This document shows positions 25,905-48,075 of a stretch of DNA of 64,000 bases, in pieces; the stretch's first letter is position 1, and the number at the start of each line of letters is the position of its first letter. The DNA lies in NCBI RefSeq assembly GCF_052425735.1, contig NC_135758.1:1612001-1676000 (forward strand), in the 5' to 3' direction. Origin of the DNA: Oculina patagonica (lineage: Eukaryota). The notes under the pieces are model-generated. The model searched no databases. It was not told where the DNA came from and worked only from the letters and a program-made list of their open reading frames with translations. A program made the position numbers and the translations under genes.

Positions 25905-28900
25905 TTAGTAAATAGGCCCTTCATCCATGTCATCATCATCCATAAAACCATCTTCATCATCATCAAAATGTGACACCAAGTAGTCATTTTCCTATCAAGA
26001 GTAAGTAAAAATGTCCAGTTAGTTGGGGAGCAGGAATAGTGCATACAGCTAATTCGAGAAAAGTTGTCGCAAAAAGCACATTGTCAAGTTAAAGCTGGCC
26101 TAGAGGAAATGTACAAGTTTGTATTTTTGCATGTGAAGATTTTGTTTTTCCTCTCAGGAGGCCTTTTTCTGTAGCTTTACTTTTACTGTCGCATGTCTTG
26201 GAGTTTTGAAAGTTCTTCTAAAATTCAGCTTGTTTAAAAGTACCTTGTTTCTACATGTCTGAAGAGAAAAAAAATTGCAAATTCGTGTTTGTCATGTCGC
26301 CATCTTAGTAGCTCACTACTTCTACCCATACTACCTTTCACTCTTTTTGCGTGCACTTTTGTGCTTTTTTCCGACAACCTTTCTCGAAATTACCAGTAGC
26401 TGTAAGTGAGAGCACTCGCCTCCCCACAATGTGGTCCAGGTTCGATTTCCAGACCTGGCATTATATGATTGTTGTTGGTTCTCATCCTTGCTCAGAGGGT
26501 TTTTCTCTGGGTACTCTGCAATCTTGTTCCCGAGCCTGCGTTTCCCTTAACCAGCGGTCGGGAAACTTAATTACTCTGAACAAATCCAAAACTGGAACCA
26601 GGAAATCCTGGTTCCGGTTTGGTCGTGCGCATGCACCGGAGATTGTGGTGAAACGAACAAGTTTTCAACAGCCAATCAGATTCAGGCGCCTTTGTAGCGG
26701 GCTTTAAGAATAGCCCAGAGGTCCCGATTCCTGGCGCAGACCAGAAGGATTGCAGGCTCTGGGGACGAGATTGGGTTCTCTGGTTTTCCTCCCTCCACAA
26801 AGACCAAGACTTCAAAATTCCAATTTGTTCGGGAATCCAAGGGCCACAGGTTTGTCGATCACAAGACTGTTGCATGCAACCCTCATTAATTAACAAAGTC
26901 GATTTATTTTGCCAACCAATGATAATTTCTTAAACGATATTATATTTTATTATATAAACTGCAGTGGTATATAGCGAGTGGTAGCAAATCAATAAAAATG
27001 GTATCACACATGTGTGGATAAAAATGATATGCACACATGTGTGATATCATTCTTGACCAATCAGCTCGCAGAGTTGTCATGTTTCAGTGCTCAATGAGCC
27101 AAAGTTTATCGATATTAAGTCGACACATCGGATCTTCCTCGGCAATCTTCGGAAAAGTTCGGAAACATTTGTATGACCTTCGGACAACATTTTGAAAGTC
27201 TTCGGAAATCTTCAAAAAATGGTCAGAAATCTTCGGAATTTCATCAAAAACATCATAATTAGTAGATTTATATAATAAACAGAATAATACATGGCTGCTT
27301 GGATATATGAAATTTATCTTCTCGTGTTCAAAACTGATATCTCATATCGATTTGAACACTCGAAGATAAATTTCATATCTCTGCGCAACAATGTACTATC
27401 CTCTATTTCTCACACAGTGAAAAGTGATAAGTTTATTCCTACCTCTTCTTGTTCTTCCTCGTCATATTCAAGTTCCTCTTCATCTTCCTCTTCAATTTCC
27501 TCTTCTTGTTTATCTTCAGCCTTTTCTTCTTCAACTTCCTTCTTGACCATTTCCTAAAGCAAGGTGAACATGGAATGAATTGCATACATTTATATGTTTT
27601 GTGCATATTTACATCAGTTTCTCATAATCCTGGGGAGGGGGGGCACCCTGTATATTTTTGGGTGGGGGTGTGCCGCTGGGACTCTGAAACCCTTACCCTA
27701 CACCAGACCATCTTCAGCTGGTTAAATTTGCAACCCTATACTAGACTAGATACCAAAAATCCCTACCCTATCCCAGACTTGCTTCTTTTTAGAACTGCAT
27801 CACTATAAGCGTTTTTAATGGAAAACCATCTGTCAACAACGTTGTCACAATGATATTATTCACATGTAGGGAAGCCTCTTTCTCTTCCAAGTTTCTATAA
27901 TTTCCTATTCAGGACTTAATTCTTTATACCAATGATCAGTTTCTTGGCAAATGATACCCTATTCTAGACCAAAACTCTCTGATTTCTATACCCTATCCCA
28001 GACTAAACTCCTTGAAAACCATACCCTTCATAGCGTCTCATACCTATATACCGGTAGCTCATATATGGGATTCCCCCCCCCCCCCTGCCCGGGCTCACAA
28101 TACACCCTAAGCAATAACTGCTTAGTTTAGAACGTCTTTCAATGAGAAAACAAAATGGGTAACTGTACAAAAAAGGCGTAAGCATAACAATAATAAATTA
28201 ATAATTCCTTACATCAAGCTGCTTCAATGCATCTGTAGCTTGAGTATTTCTTTCAGCTCGTTTTGGAATTCTTGGTCCTACGGATATCATTAAAGTTACA
28301 AAATAAGAATTTGACATGTTTGTTAGTGAATGTAACAATGAAAGCAAACCAATTTCTTACTTGCACTGTTGGGAGTCAGACGTTTTTTCACTTTTATCTT
28401 CAGCTCATTTGGAAATAATTTCCAGTCTGCAATAAGACAAACAAGTATTGACTGTTGCATACATGTATGCTTTAGCAATCATCACAGTTTTTCCTTATTT
28501 CCAACCCTAAATACCAGTTAATTTTACTACTTATTACAATATTATATTTAAAATCATTAAAAACAAGCAATGGTATATAGAAATTCCTGAGTTTTGATTG
28601 GTTAACAGGCAATGGTATATGAGTTCATGTACCATTGAGCACAAATATGGTAGGTACAGTCGAAGCTCTCACAAGCGGACACCCTCGGGACGCGAAAAAA
28701 GTGTCTGCAACTGGAGCTGGCCGCTTACGAGAATGGTTCTTGTAAGCGGCCACTAGAGGTGTAGGGGATAGATGGCCGCGAAATGTAACCGGACGTGGAT
28801 GACGACCAAACAAACACTAAAATATATGGTGCTGTAATTACTGTTAAATCATTGTGACGAACGGCGATGTGAAGTTGATTGATTATTACAAGAGACAGAG

Positions 28901-31155
28901 GTTTTTTAATATATGATTTTCTTTGCGGTGTCCGCTTACGGGAGCTTAAAAAAGTCTAAGTTGTAATCTCGGAAAGTGTCTGCGGCCGCTTACGGGAATG
29001 TCCGCTTACGAGAATGTAAAAATACAGAGTTTGTATGGGAGTAAAAACGGGGTTTCTAACAAGGTGGCCGTAGTAGAGCTGTCCGCTTACGAGAGTGTCC
29101 GTTAAGAGAGCTTCGACTGTACACACATCAACGAAAACATTTGGGGAACTCAAATATTGCAAATCTTTGGCTGTTTTTAATAAAACAATTATTCCCCTTG
29201 CGCTTGTTGGATATGGGATAGTTATAGCCAATGCAGGCTTGTGGAATAATTGTTAAATACACCAACAACAATAATACCTGGTTGCCACTCTAAGCCTTCT
29301 GTTTGTTTTTCTCTGTACCTATCAGAGAACCTCTCGACATCTACCAGAAAAAAAATAGACATTAAAAATTAATGTGGACACTTAGTATGTTCTTTGGGTA
29401 GGTGGGGGTGGGGGCACTGGGGAAGATTATCTAAGATATGAGAAGAATTTAGGGTGACTTGACTTTGACTTACCCCTAGGGAATAAATCTAGTCACCCTA
29501 AACTTGGGGATCTTCCCCTTAGGGGAACCTATGTTTTAGACGGTAGCAAAGGTGGGGTCCTGATCCCATTTCATGCACAAATTAATTTTAACCAAATTTA
29601 TGTGACATGTATACTTAAAACAGCAGATTAAGTGAGAAATTTGTAAATCAAGTGCCTTTTCCATTTATTTTCTCACATCCAGTCTAATTTTTGCCCATAT
29701 CATGTGTCACACATAAACCCTTTGCTACCCTCTGAGTAACACTGCACTCATACCTTTTGTTTTGACTTTAGCCTTTACAAAATAAGGCAGCTCTCGCATA
29801 CAGCCTCTTAGTTCCTGTTTCAGTGCCAACATGTATTCATCTGCCTCTGTCTGCCTCAGTGGTAATGGTTTGGCATCAAGGGGCTGATATTCAATAAAAA
29901 AAATAATGAACTTAACTGAAATTGTCTTAATACACACACAAAACAAAGGCATTTTGAAATTCATTTTTAACCATCTTTACCTAATGTATCAGTCAAATCG
30001 AAGGTTCATACCCCAGGCATTTGACGCCCTTGTCTTCCCGGGGGGGGGGGAATTTGATCCAACCACATAGGGGGTGGGGGATTTGAACGCAGACTTGATT
30101 TCTGGTTACATGTGTCCCAGTAAACGCACTTGGGTTTATAATCATAACGGAGACCGATTTTCTTCTATGTATTGGTTATCTTCTATGTATTAATTATTGA
30201 ATAGAGGAAAAACTGTTTGGTCTATTTATAAAGCCAGTATGCAGACAGGATTATACGAGCATAAGAAGCTACACAGATAAAACAGTTATATTCTGTTCAA
30301 TTGTTTATTTTTCCTGGGGGTGGGGACATTTGATCACTGAAAATGGGCTTGTAGTGGGGAATTTGAACGGCTTTTTGGCCCAGGGAGGCAGGTATTTAAA
30401 CGCAAATTTTCCAAAAATTCAAATGGCCAGGGGGTTGCCTGGGGGGGAGGGTAGGGGAGTGGAATGTTGAACCTTCGGTTTGACTGATACATAAAGCATT
30501 TCAGCAAGCAAATAGTCACGCCAGAGGTGGTCATGAATGTAAATTAAAGTCAGTGTTCTGTTTTAGTTTTATTTCAAAAAATTTAAGAGAGCCAAAACAA
30601 AAGTAGCTCAGTTGTAGTTGTCAACAGCAACAAAGGGGTTATGGAAAAAAATTAAATTCCGACAAGGACAAGCAATTTCCCTTCAATTTAAGTACCGACA
30701 GCGACATGGAGAGCGATAAAACAGCGACATGGCACATATTTAAATTTAGACAAGCGACACGGGAACCCCCCCTGGCAGGGCCTCTTTGCAGTAGTAACAA
30801 AGCTTCTGCAATGTTTCGTTCCGTAAGCCAAGAGTGCAAAACTCAGGAACGATTGTGCTCTTTAGCCTAATATTTCTGCTCGGGTCTTACACAATTAAAA
30901 AAAAACTATCCGGAACTTTTAAACTTTTCAGCTGTTTTCATGCAGCCACGTCAACCCACAACTTGCAAAGTGCTTTCTGAAGCCATTGGTGCATTTTCAA
31001 ACCAGGCAAAGTAATGATGAATTTTCGCTTACCGGATAAAGTGGAGGAGGCTGTTGTATTGCAGCTGGTAAAGCCTCTCCACGTCCAAAGCCGATCATTC
31101 CAACATCAAACGAAAGACCACGACCTCTACCTCTTCCCCTTCCTCGACCCGCCAT
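25905..31155 (-). CDS. POLR3GL: DNA-directed RNA polymerase III subunit RPC7 (POLR3G/POLR3GL, Rpc31 family), 214 aa, 7 exons
   Basis: Exons 31155-31033, 29883-29754, 29340-29278, 28426-28361, 28277-28213, 27553-27443, 25991-25905: MAGRGRGRG..LSFDV..IGFGRGEALP..QPPPLYP..EYMLALKQELR..DVERFSDRY..DWKLFPNEL..acidic tail..ENDYLVSHFDDDE..DEGPIY*. Confidence 0.95.
27629..28093. mobile_element. MITE with CC(C/T)GGG/poly-G termini, 8-bp TSD
   Basis: Flanks CTCATAAT / CTCACAAT; termini similar to the element at 37200-37630. Confidence 0.7.
28657..29119. mobile_element. Tc1/mariner-like MITE (TA TSD), nested in another repeat
   Basis: TA|CAGTCGAAGCTCTC ... GAGAGCTTCGACTG|TA with internal GTCCGCTTACG repeats. 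Confidence 0.85.
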
Positions 31156-31237
31156 CTTGGGGGAGGCTCGGACAAGAGACTGGACACGGATTTTCAGTGT
31201 TACTCGTTCCCAGATCCCAGTGAGCTCACGCAACAAA
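31156..31237. promoter_or_regulatory. 82-bp divergent spacer between POLR3GL and PGPEP1 start codons (putative bidirectional promoter)
   Basis: ATG on - at 31155 and ATG on + at 31238. Both start codons sit in an AANATGGC (YY1-like) context. Confidence 0.6.
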
Positions 31238-34200
31238 ATGGCTGAAGGAAAACCCACAGTGCTTGTCACGGGTAAGTTTTATACGTGCAAACCCGATCGA
31301 ATATTCTTTTGATCAAAAAACAGTTGACAGGACATTTGAAATCGTAAGCGTCATATTAGAAACCCAAACTCCTGTTCTTGCTAAAGAGATTGCTGAGTTA
31401 GAGATTTCAAAAACATTCTCGTACTTGAAGAAAAATGTTTCAGGATGTTTGCAACTCCCCTCTGTGACCTCTGTCAATACTTGGTCGATCACTTTAATAT
31501 CCAAAACATCTGCCACGATCTACCGCCTTAAACTTATAGCCTCGAACGATGTGATGTGTGTTATGTTACATGCATATGCAACATGACTGTGTTGCCTTTG
31601 CAGTAAGCTTATATTAACTTGGAATAACAACCTTGCAGTTGTGATTTTTTTTAATTGGGGGGGGGGGGACATTTGAAAGAGAGGGAGGGAACCTTTTAGC
31701 TAGAAAAAAAAATGGAATAGGGAAAAGTCACATAAGGGTTCATAAGTCTTTATACAAGTCTAGATGCCTGGTCATTTCTGGTTTTCGTGGCACAAAGTGG
31801 AATAATTAGATACTTTTGCCAGATGGTATACTAAGTTCATATGCATTGCAGGTTACTCCCCCCCCCCCCCCCCCCATCATGTTCACCATTTTGTTACGTC
31901 TGGTATGTATTTATACACCTATAGTATACCACCCGACACAGTGTTTATGGGTTGTATTATTTTTTTTTCTTGTAGGCTTTGGCCCCTTTGGCTTGCATCA
32001 AACCAACACTAGTTGGATGGCCGTCCAGGTATTTTATAATATAATTTATTTATTTTGTAGGTTAAGTCTGCATAAGAGCCTAGTGGCCCATCAGGCTGGA
32101 GCTTATCCCAGTTTCATTAGCACAAAGCAACTAGCTATGTACTAACTCCGTAAAAACTAAAATCTTAAATTAAGACGTTTCGTCTTATCTAAGCACCACA
32201 ACAATAGCTGAGAAACTACGTCAGCTATTGTTCTCAGGTGCTGAGATAAGACGAAACGTCTTAATTTAAGATTTTAGTTTTTACGGAGAAGGAGTATTTC
32301 TTCTGGGTTGAAAAAGGGCCACAAAAGAACACAACACAATGCCCCTAGCCAGGGCTCAACTCTAGACCACGTGATCTGGGGTCCAAAGGTCACCCCATCT
32401 TCCTCCCACATGCCTCCCCCCTCCCATATATTTTTTACTGACACAAAATTGATGTTGATCATCAATACCTGTTGAAAATTAGGAACTACCAAACAATGAA
32501 CTTGCAGAAGAAGTCAATCTGGTGATAAAAGAGATCCCTGTAGAGTATTCTGCAGTAGATGAACAGGTTCCTGTGCTATGGAATGAAGTCAAGCCGAAGG
32601 TAATTATACTTTACATACTATAAACATATTTTTTGTTTGTGTGGCAAAATAAATAAATAAGGTTAAATAAATAACATAAATAAATGGCTTGGTGGAAAAG
32701 GGCATGTGCAGGTTTGTTTACATAAGTTAAACATTGCACTGTATTAATTTTCAATAGCTTTTGCATCGTTGCCAAGAAAATTAGTTTTTTCCATATGCAA
32801 AGGTGCAATACAGTAATAGTGAACCAGTCTAAACATAAAGACACACAACTAGTGGTATTTGTTTGTTCTTTGCAGCTGTGTGTACATGTTGGGGTCCATG
32901 GGTTAGCAGACAGTGTTCAGCTGGAGATGTGTGGTCATAACCATGGTTACAATAGACCTGACGAGTCTGGTAAAAAGTGTGGTGAAGGCTGCTGTGTCCA
33001 TGGTGAGTAGATCATCTGTCATTTATAAAGGAGAAGTTCATTCCATAAAGGCACTGTTTTTCTTCAAGGCAACAAAAAGGTAATACAAAGATATGTGATT
33101 AACCAAACAATCAGCTTCCAAAGAGTATTCAAACCTTATGAAATCCGATCCTTGTCTGATGTAGTCCAAAAATTGAAAACTGGCCACCGCCATCTTGGAG
33201 TAACTTAGCAGCCTGGCAATATCAATGAGCTCAACTTTTACTATCTCTTTTAGTTTGGTTTGTGCAAAATGATGCTATACAAACAGGCATTTTGAAAAAC
33301 AAGCCAATACAAAATAACAAGGGCTGTCAAGTATTTACTTCCTGCCAAACTTCAGGTTGAGCTCTTTGATGTCAAAAATACATAGCCAGGCTAGCAATGG
33401 CAGCTGGATCTCGATTTTTGGACTACCGTATTTACTCAATTAAAATTTTCATGCCTCAAGTGCGTCGCTTATATGAGGGCGGCACTTATTTGAGGGCAGC
33501 ACTTATTTAAAATTTGGATGCCACAAAGAATCTAATCTTTTACAGTAATTGAAAATATTGTCTTTTAATTGTCAGTATTGGTCTCTTAATGAAGAGAGAA
33601 GTAGCGCTACTACGATTTCCAGTTGAGTGCGACGCGAACAAAGTTTGGTGTCGAGGTTTCAACATAACAACGGCATTGTTGTCAAGGGCAAACTTTCCAT
33701 TGGTAACTGTCGTAAACCGGTACTGACCGCCATTGTTCTTTTATACAAGGAGGACCTCTCGGGAAACAGAGCATTTTTTTGATTGGCTAATTTCGATCCA
33801 AGATGGCGTCAGTTTTAATTGAGCAATTTTGTGATTGGCTAATTTTTTTAAAATTTCGATCTGAAATGGTGTTAGCTTTTGTCAGCTTTACGAAGCGCCA
33901 AATGTTCCTCATTTCAGTGCGCGAATTATTCATTTTGCACTTGAGAAAGATATATTATTTAAAGCTGAAGGAATTCTTAAAGCTGCTAGAAAATCCCTGG
34001 AGGTGGACAACGATTTAATTTCAGTTGAACAGTAACTCTAACGATGAAGGTAAAGTGACGCACGTTGAACATAACATCAACCTCTCAACACAGATCTGTT
34101 ACCGTCGATATAAAACAGCTAAGGCATAATATATTTCGTTATTTGTTTCTTTTATCGTTGTCTCTGTGTATATATTTTTTATTTGAAAGGGTAATAAAGT

Positions 34201-36109
34201 GTTGCTGACAATATTTGTAGTGTTTGTATTTATTTAAGCGTTGAGATTGTCGAGCAAGACAGTTACAAAAACAAATTTGTTACCAATGGTAACAGAGAAG
34301 TTTGCCCTTGACAACAATGCCGTTGTTATGTTGAAACCTCGTCACCAAACTTTGTTCGTGTCGCACTCAACTGGAAATCGTAGTATCTGTCCTGACAAAG
34401 TTCAATCTCTTGTCCACCAAGCCTCTAAACAAAAAGCATAACTCTAAAGTAACTTTTGGGACTGATAGCTATTTATTTGATTTGTTTATTAGGGGGAGGT
34501 GAATGCTTGTACACTTCTCTAGATCTGGACAGAGTGTGTTCTGAAGTAATGACAGCCAAAAGTCCCTGCCTTGTAGGACCTTCAGATGATGCTGGAAGGT
34601 TAATATTTATTTTTGTGGCATTTATAATAGTAAGATGTACAGTGGCGTGGCTCACCTTTAAGTGGGTACCCATGGGACAAGAACACCATGTCCCCTTAGT
34701 CTCCACCAATGGAAGGTGTTCTTTAGCAGATGTTTGACTAAGGTAAATTTCTCCTCAAGTTTATGGTTAACAACTAAAAGTAAGACTTTATCAATGTTCA
34801 GTTTTAACAATTAAAGAGATAGTCCCACTGTGTAGCTGATAGTTTTTCAAATGACAGAGCAGTATTTTTTGCTTCTGTTGCCCCATTTCTCTCAAGACGT
34901 TGCTGCTCATGCATTTTGCTGGTGCATTTCAACCATGATTCAGTGTATCAGTTAAATAGCTTACTATAGATAGCTTGATGCCTTTAGATGTCAAAAACAG
35001 TTTCTCTGTAGTGCGTCATCGTTATTGTGGAGTTTTTTACTTGAATATTGTATGCATCAGTTGTAGGGAATGGAATGGAAAGGGCGTGCAACTTAAGGCT
35101 TAAATAACAGCTCAATATTGTTTGCTTGCCTTATTATAGGAAATAAACGCGTCATGAAATTAACGCGAAATTTCAAAAATTCATGTTATTTTAAGTCGCA
35201 TTAATTTTTGTTAACGTTAATTTCCGCACCGTTAATTAAGTGGAGCGTTAATTTCCATTATTTTGGCCCCAATTTCTCGTTACAGTCCAGACGTTCTTGA
35301 CTCAAAGGAAAAATCATTATTTTATCAGCCGAGGGTTGTCTTCTACCACTTTCACTGATACTGTGAAGAACGCTCGAAGTGGGAAAAATACCATTGAACA
35401 ATGTTTGCATTTACGCCTACAAGTGTTTAAATAAACTTGTTCCAGTTGTGTACGTCGGGTTAATTTCCTTCATTTTGAAGTATTACCCTCTCTTTCGCGT
35501 TAATTTCCTTTATTGGAAAGTAATTTTTCCTTCAATACGCGTTAATTTAAGTCGCGTTAATTTCCAATACATTAATAAGGTAGGTAAAGTCTGCTTCAAG
35601 CCTAGTGGCCCATACAGGCCGGAGCTTATCCCGGTTTCCTTAGCATTAAGCGACTAAGAGTATTGCTACTCCCCCCTGGATGGGATGCTGGTCCATCGCA
35701 GGGTTACCCCCCAGCAGTAAATTCGCCGGTACCCATTTATACACCTGGGTGGAGAGAGGCACTGTGAGAGTAAAGTGTCTTGCCCAAGAACACAACGCAG
35801 CGCCCCGGCCAGGCCTCGAACCCGGGCCGTTCGACTCGGAGGCGAGCGCGCTAACCATTAGGCCACCGCGCCTCCCAATACATTAATAAAGACAAGCGTT
35901 AATTTCCTATAATAAGGTAATGACCGTTTCTACAATTGTCTTGCAGGTTTCTGTGTGATTATATTTATTACAAATCACTTCATTTTGGACAAGGCAAAGG
36001 CACTGTGGCATTTGTTCATGTCCCACGTGAAGATTCACCGTACAGCATTGAAGATTTGGTCGTCACACTGAGACTAATCATCTTAGCAATGCTAAAACAA
36101 CTCAGCTAG
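31238..36109 (+). CDS. PGPEP1: Pyroglutamyl-peptidase I (peptidase C15), 199 aa, 6 exons
   Basis: Exons 31238-31271, 31976-32028, 32483-32599, 32876-33002, 34493-34598, 35947-36109: VLVTGFGPF..NTSWMAV..IPVEY..VHVGV..VQLE..DAGRFLCDYIYY..FVHVP. The Glu/Cys/His catalytic triad is present. Confidence 0.96.
32146..32288. repeat. 143-bp near-perfect palindrome inside a SINE remnant
   Basis: Outer arms CTCCGTAAAAACTAAAATCTTAAATTAAGACGTTTCGTCTTATCT and its reverse complement; inner stem AACAATAGCTGA / TCAGCTATTGTT. Confidence 0.88.
35579..35874 (-). mobile_element. Full-length tRNA-derived SINE inserted into a MITE
   Basis: Minus strand GGAGGCGCGGTGGCCTAATGGTTAGCG...GGTTCGAGGCC; 15-bp TSD CCAATACATTAATAA at 35564-35578 and 35875-35889. 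The host MITE has CCTTATTATAGGAAA / TTTCCTATAATAAGG ends (about 35129-35917). Related SINEs at about 22525-22690 and 39650-39880. Confidence 0.88.
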
Positions 36110-36312
36110 GAAAATTGACTTTGCAAATTTACAAGGATTGGTAAAGGCGGCCGTAACTCTGATAAACACTGTTTCTGGAGAACAACAAGTTTTTGCTTGA
36201 ATAATATTTCCATAGAAACTACCAGGAATTGGAAGCCTGGCAGTTTCCCTCAGATGCTAAGGATGTCTGTTGGAAATTTTTAACTGAATGTCTAAAAAAG
36301 TACCTCAATCGT

Positions 36313-36571
36313 CAGGGTTCGTACAGGTCATGGAAAACCTGGAAAGTCAGGGAATTTAAGTGGGTCATGGAAAGTCATGGAAAATTGGACACAAAAAATT
36401 AGGCAGGTTATTTTTTGTGTAGAAAAGGGTAAAAACGTACCCGAAATTAAGATAATATTTGAAAATTTCCAAGAAAAATGGTCAAATTTAGGTCATGGAA
36501 ACTTTGAAAAGTCATGAAAACGGCCATGGAAAGTCATGGAATTTCGAAAGCTCAAAAGAGTACAAACCCTG
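36313..36571. mobile_element. CAGGGTTCGTAC MITE (5-bp TSD, one mismatch)
   Basis: TIRs CAGGGTTCGTAC / GTACAAACCCTG; GTCATGGAA internal repeats; flanks ATCGT/ATCAT. Confidence 0.75.
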
Positions 36572-37199
36572 ATCATGGGTGTGGCCAAAAACCAACCCAT
36601 GTGACTGAGATACTAAGAATAGAATAGAAAACTTTATTAAGACATGGTAAAAAAATCTCTTCAGTATACAGTAAGATCTATTATACCTAAATAAACTAAC
36701 TTATAATTAAACAAAATGACAACTAAATACATACATACTTAAGCTGCTTTTTTAAGGATGCCATGTGAAGTGTTTTGAACTCATTCGGAACTGTGGTACT
36801 GATGCAGTTCACGCCATACTTACAGATTCTATTAGGAAACCAGTAAAATTATTAACACTACATAGCAAAACCTACTGAGAACTTTGCACATAACTAGTAT
36901 TTTTCAACAAATTCAGAGAATCCTCAAGGTTTTTAACTGAAGACGACATTCATCCCTACATGGTACTGGTGTTGATTAAAGTTGTGACTGAGTGTTAACC
37001 TTTCTAAACCACATAATTTTAACTCGTTCAGAGAGGGCAAAACAACGGTTCTGTAATCTAGTTGCCCAGTGAATCAGTCAAATGCACATTTTTATTTTCC
37101 CCACTTAAATTTTACTTACAGTTAGATATACATGAGGATAAACTGAGCCACTGAGGACATTTTTTTACAGAGATTTTATTTTACTTGTGAACTGGACTA

Positions 37200-37630
37200 C
37201 CCGGGGGGGGGGGGGTACTCGAAAAAGATTTGTACGGGGAGGCTCCGCCCGAAGATCCAACCCCTTACCCTTTTATATACCATTTTGTTAGAAAAGGTAC
37301 CCCTTTTGTATACCTTTTATTGCAAAAAGGCACCCCTTTCATATACCTACACGACATCACATTAATATTTTACCTAAAACGGGATGTTTTCTTGTTATTT
37401 TTATGTAGCGCTTAATAAATTAAGACGATACATCCAAAAGTTGCGTCTGCTCGAAATATTTAATGTAAAGGCCTTTTAAAATATCATTATAGAAGATTTC
37501 CCTACCCTTTCATATACCTAAATTTGTGGAATCCCTACCCTTTTATATACCTGGAGCCCGAAAAAGGTACCCCTTTCGGGCGGAGCCTCCCCGTATAGGC
37601 CATTATAGGGAGTACCCCCCCCCCCCCGGG
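37200..37630. mobile_element. MITE with CCCGGG-poly-G termini, 8-bp TSD
   Basis: CCCGGGG..GTACTC ... GAGTACCC..CCCGGG; TSD CTGGACTA at 37192-37199 and 37631-37638. Confidence 0.88.
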
Positions 37631-38819
37631 CTGGACTACCACTTGTTTTCTTTTACTTGTCTAAATGCAAAACATACTTGCCTTGGGAAATCACACCTGG
37701 GTGTTTTCCTGCCCTGCCTAATTTTCGTGAAAATTGTTAAAATATTGGTCTACGTTAATAAACAGTAAGTCTCGATATTGGTACAACTGATTTTAATTTT
37801 CCACAGCATTTCCAATGAAACAATATAAAAGTTCGCGTCGTTATTTTTCGCAAAAACCTTTTCTCGCGGGTTTTTAATTTCGCGATTTTTTTTTAAAAAT
37901 AGCAAAAAATTTTAGTCCCGCGAAAATAAGTAGCAATAAGGTACCAGCAGAAAGTTATTACATTACAATACAAAACATATCTCCTGAAAATCGTTAGGTG
38001 TTAATACAGTGTTAATGAACTGGGAAAAGACGGCTTCTCATATTCGGGTGCCAAAGGCTTTCCCTGTACGGTTTCTGGACCCAGGCAAGTGTCTGTAATT
38101 AAACAGAGCAATGCTCAAAATACGGACAGTTGACTCGGTCCAAAAGAGTCCAAAATTCATATTAACTCTAGATCTACCTCTCAGCTTTAAAGGAATATGG
38201 ACACCTCCATAAAATGGACATTTTCCACGTCCCTTTGATGTCCGTATCAAAGAGGTTCAACTGTAGTTCATTCTTAAGGTTACACAATACCTTCAAAGGA
38301 CCTCAAAGGGCTACTTTTGTCGAAAAAGAAATTTGGACTAAAATAAAAGTTTACTATAAATCTAACATCTCCCCAAAAATTAGAGTAAAATCTTAAAACG
38401 CGCGCGAGTTATTTCGAAAAACTTTTTTAAATAGAAGTTAATAACAATGGAGAAGGAAAGAATTATGCGTTAACAGACCAGACAAAAATTGAAGCGTGCC
38501 TCTTTCTTAATAATTTTCGCGCGTACTTAACTTCGAAAAAATTCAGGAGCTGTGTTTCACGAGTTTTTTTTTTTTTTTTTTGCGATTCCGAGAGAAAAGA
38601 AATGCATTGCCCCAACCCTAATCCGTGGATCCCCGTTTTACAAAGTTAACGTAAATTACAGGTACTCTTAAAGTTGTACGTACCAAATATTGAAGGAGGA
38701 TTGTATTTAGAGCGGGAAGATAAGGTTAGAAAGCCACAATTTTTTAATAATATGAACAAGTACCAGAAAGCCAGTGTCTCGCAACATTTAAAACTCGTGT
38801 ATTATTATTTTTTATTATA

Positions 38820-38995
38820 CAGTGGAACCCCGATATAACGATATGCCAAGGGGGTAGTAAAATTATATCGTTATATCGAGGAATCGTTATATCGGGGTTC
38901 CGTCCCATACATTTTACTATTGCCGGGACATAACATATTCATCGTTATATCGGGAATATCGTTATATCGAAGATCGTTATATCGGGGTTCCACTG
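38820..38995. mobile_element. Tc1/mariner-like 176-bp MITE, copy 1
   Basis: TA|CAGTGGAACCCCGATATAAC ... GTTATATCGGGGTTCCACTG|TA. Confidence 0.88.
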
Positions 38996-39196
38996 TATCA
39001 GATTATATGGTATTAAGTTTCGCGTGGTCACCTTTCCCGCTTTTTTTTCGCGAGCATAAATTTCGCGATTTTCTCCAAAACGCGAAAAACTCGCGCGAAT
39101 ATTATTTTAGTGAGAACACTTGAGCGAGGTCGCTAAGCTAGTGCCAGTTTTCACAGTCTCAAAAGCTGCAAGGGCTTGGTACTGATTATATTCAAC

Positions 39197-48075
<8,879 letters not shown>

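Noticed and set aside
27291-27808. Ser-rich and Phe-rich plus-strand ORFs
   Set aside because: Antisense of the Glu-rich POLR3GL exon plus flanking MITE sequence.
31263-31586. ORFs on both strands in PGPEP1 intron 1
   Set aside because: Non-ATG starts, no recognisable motif, no fitting splice phase.
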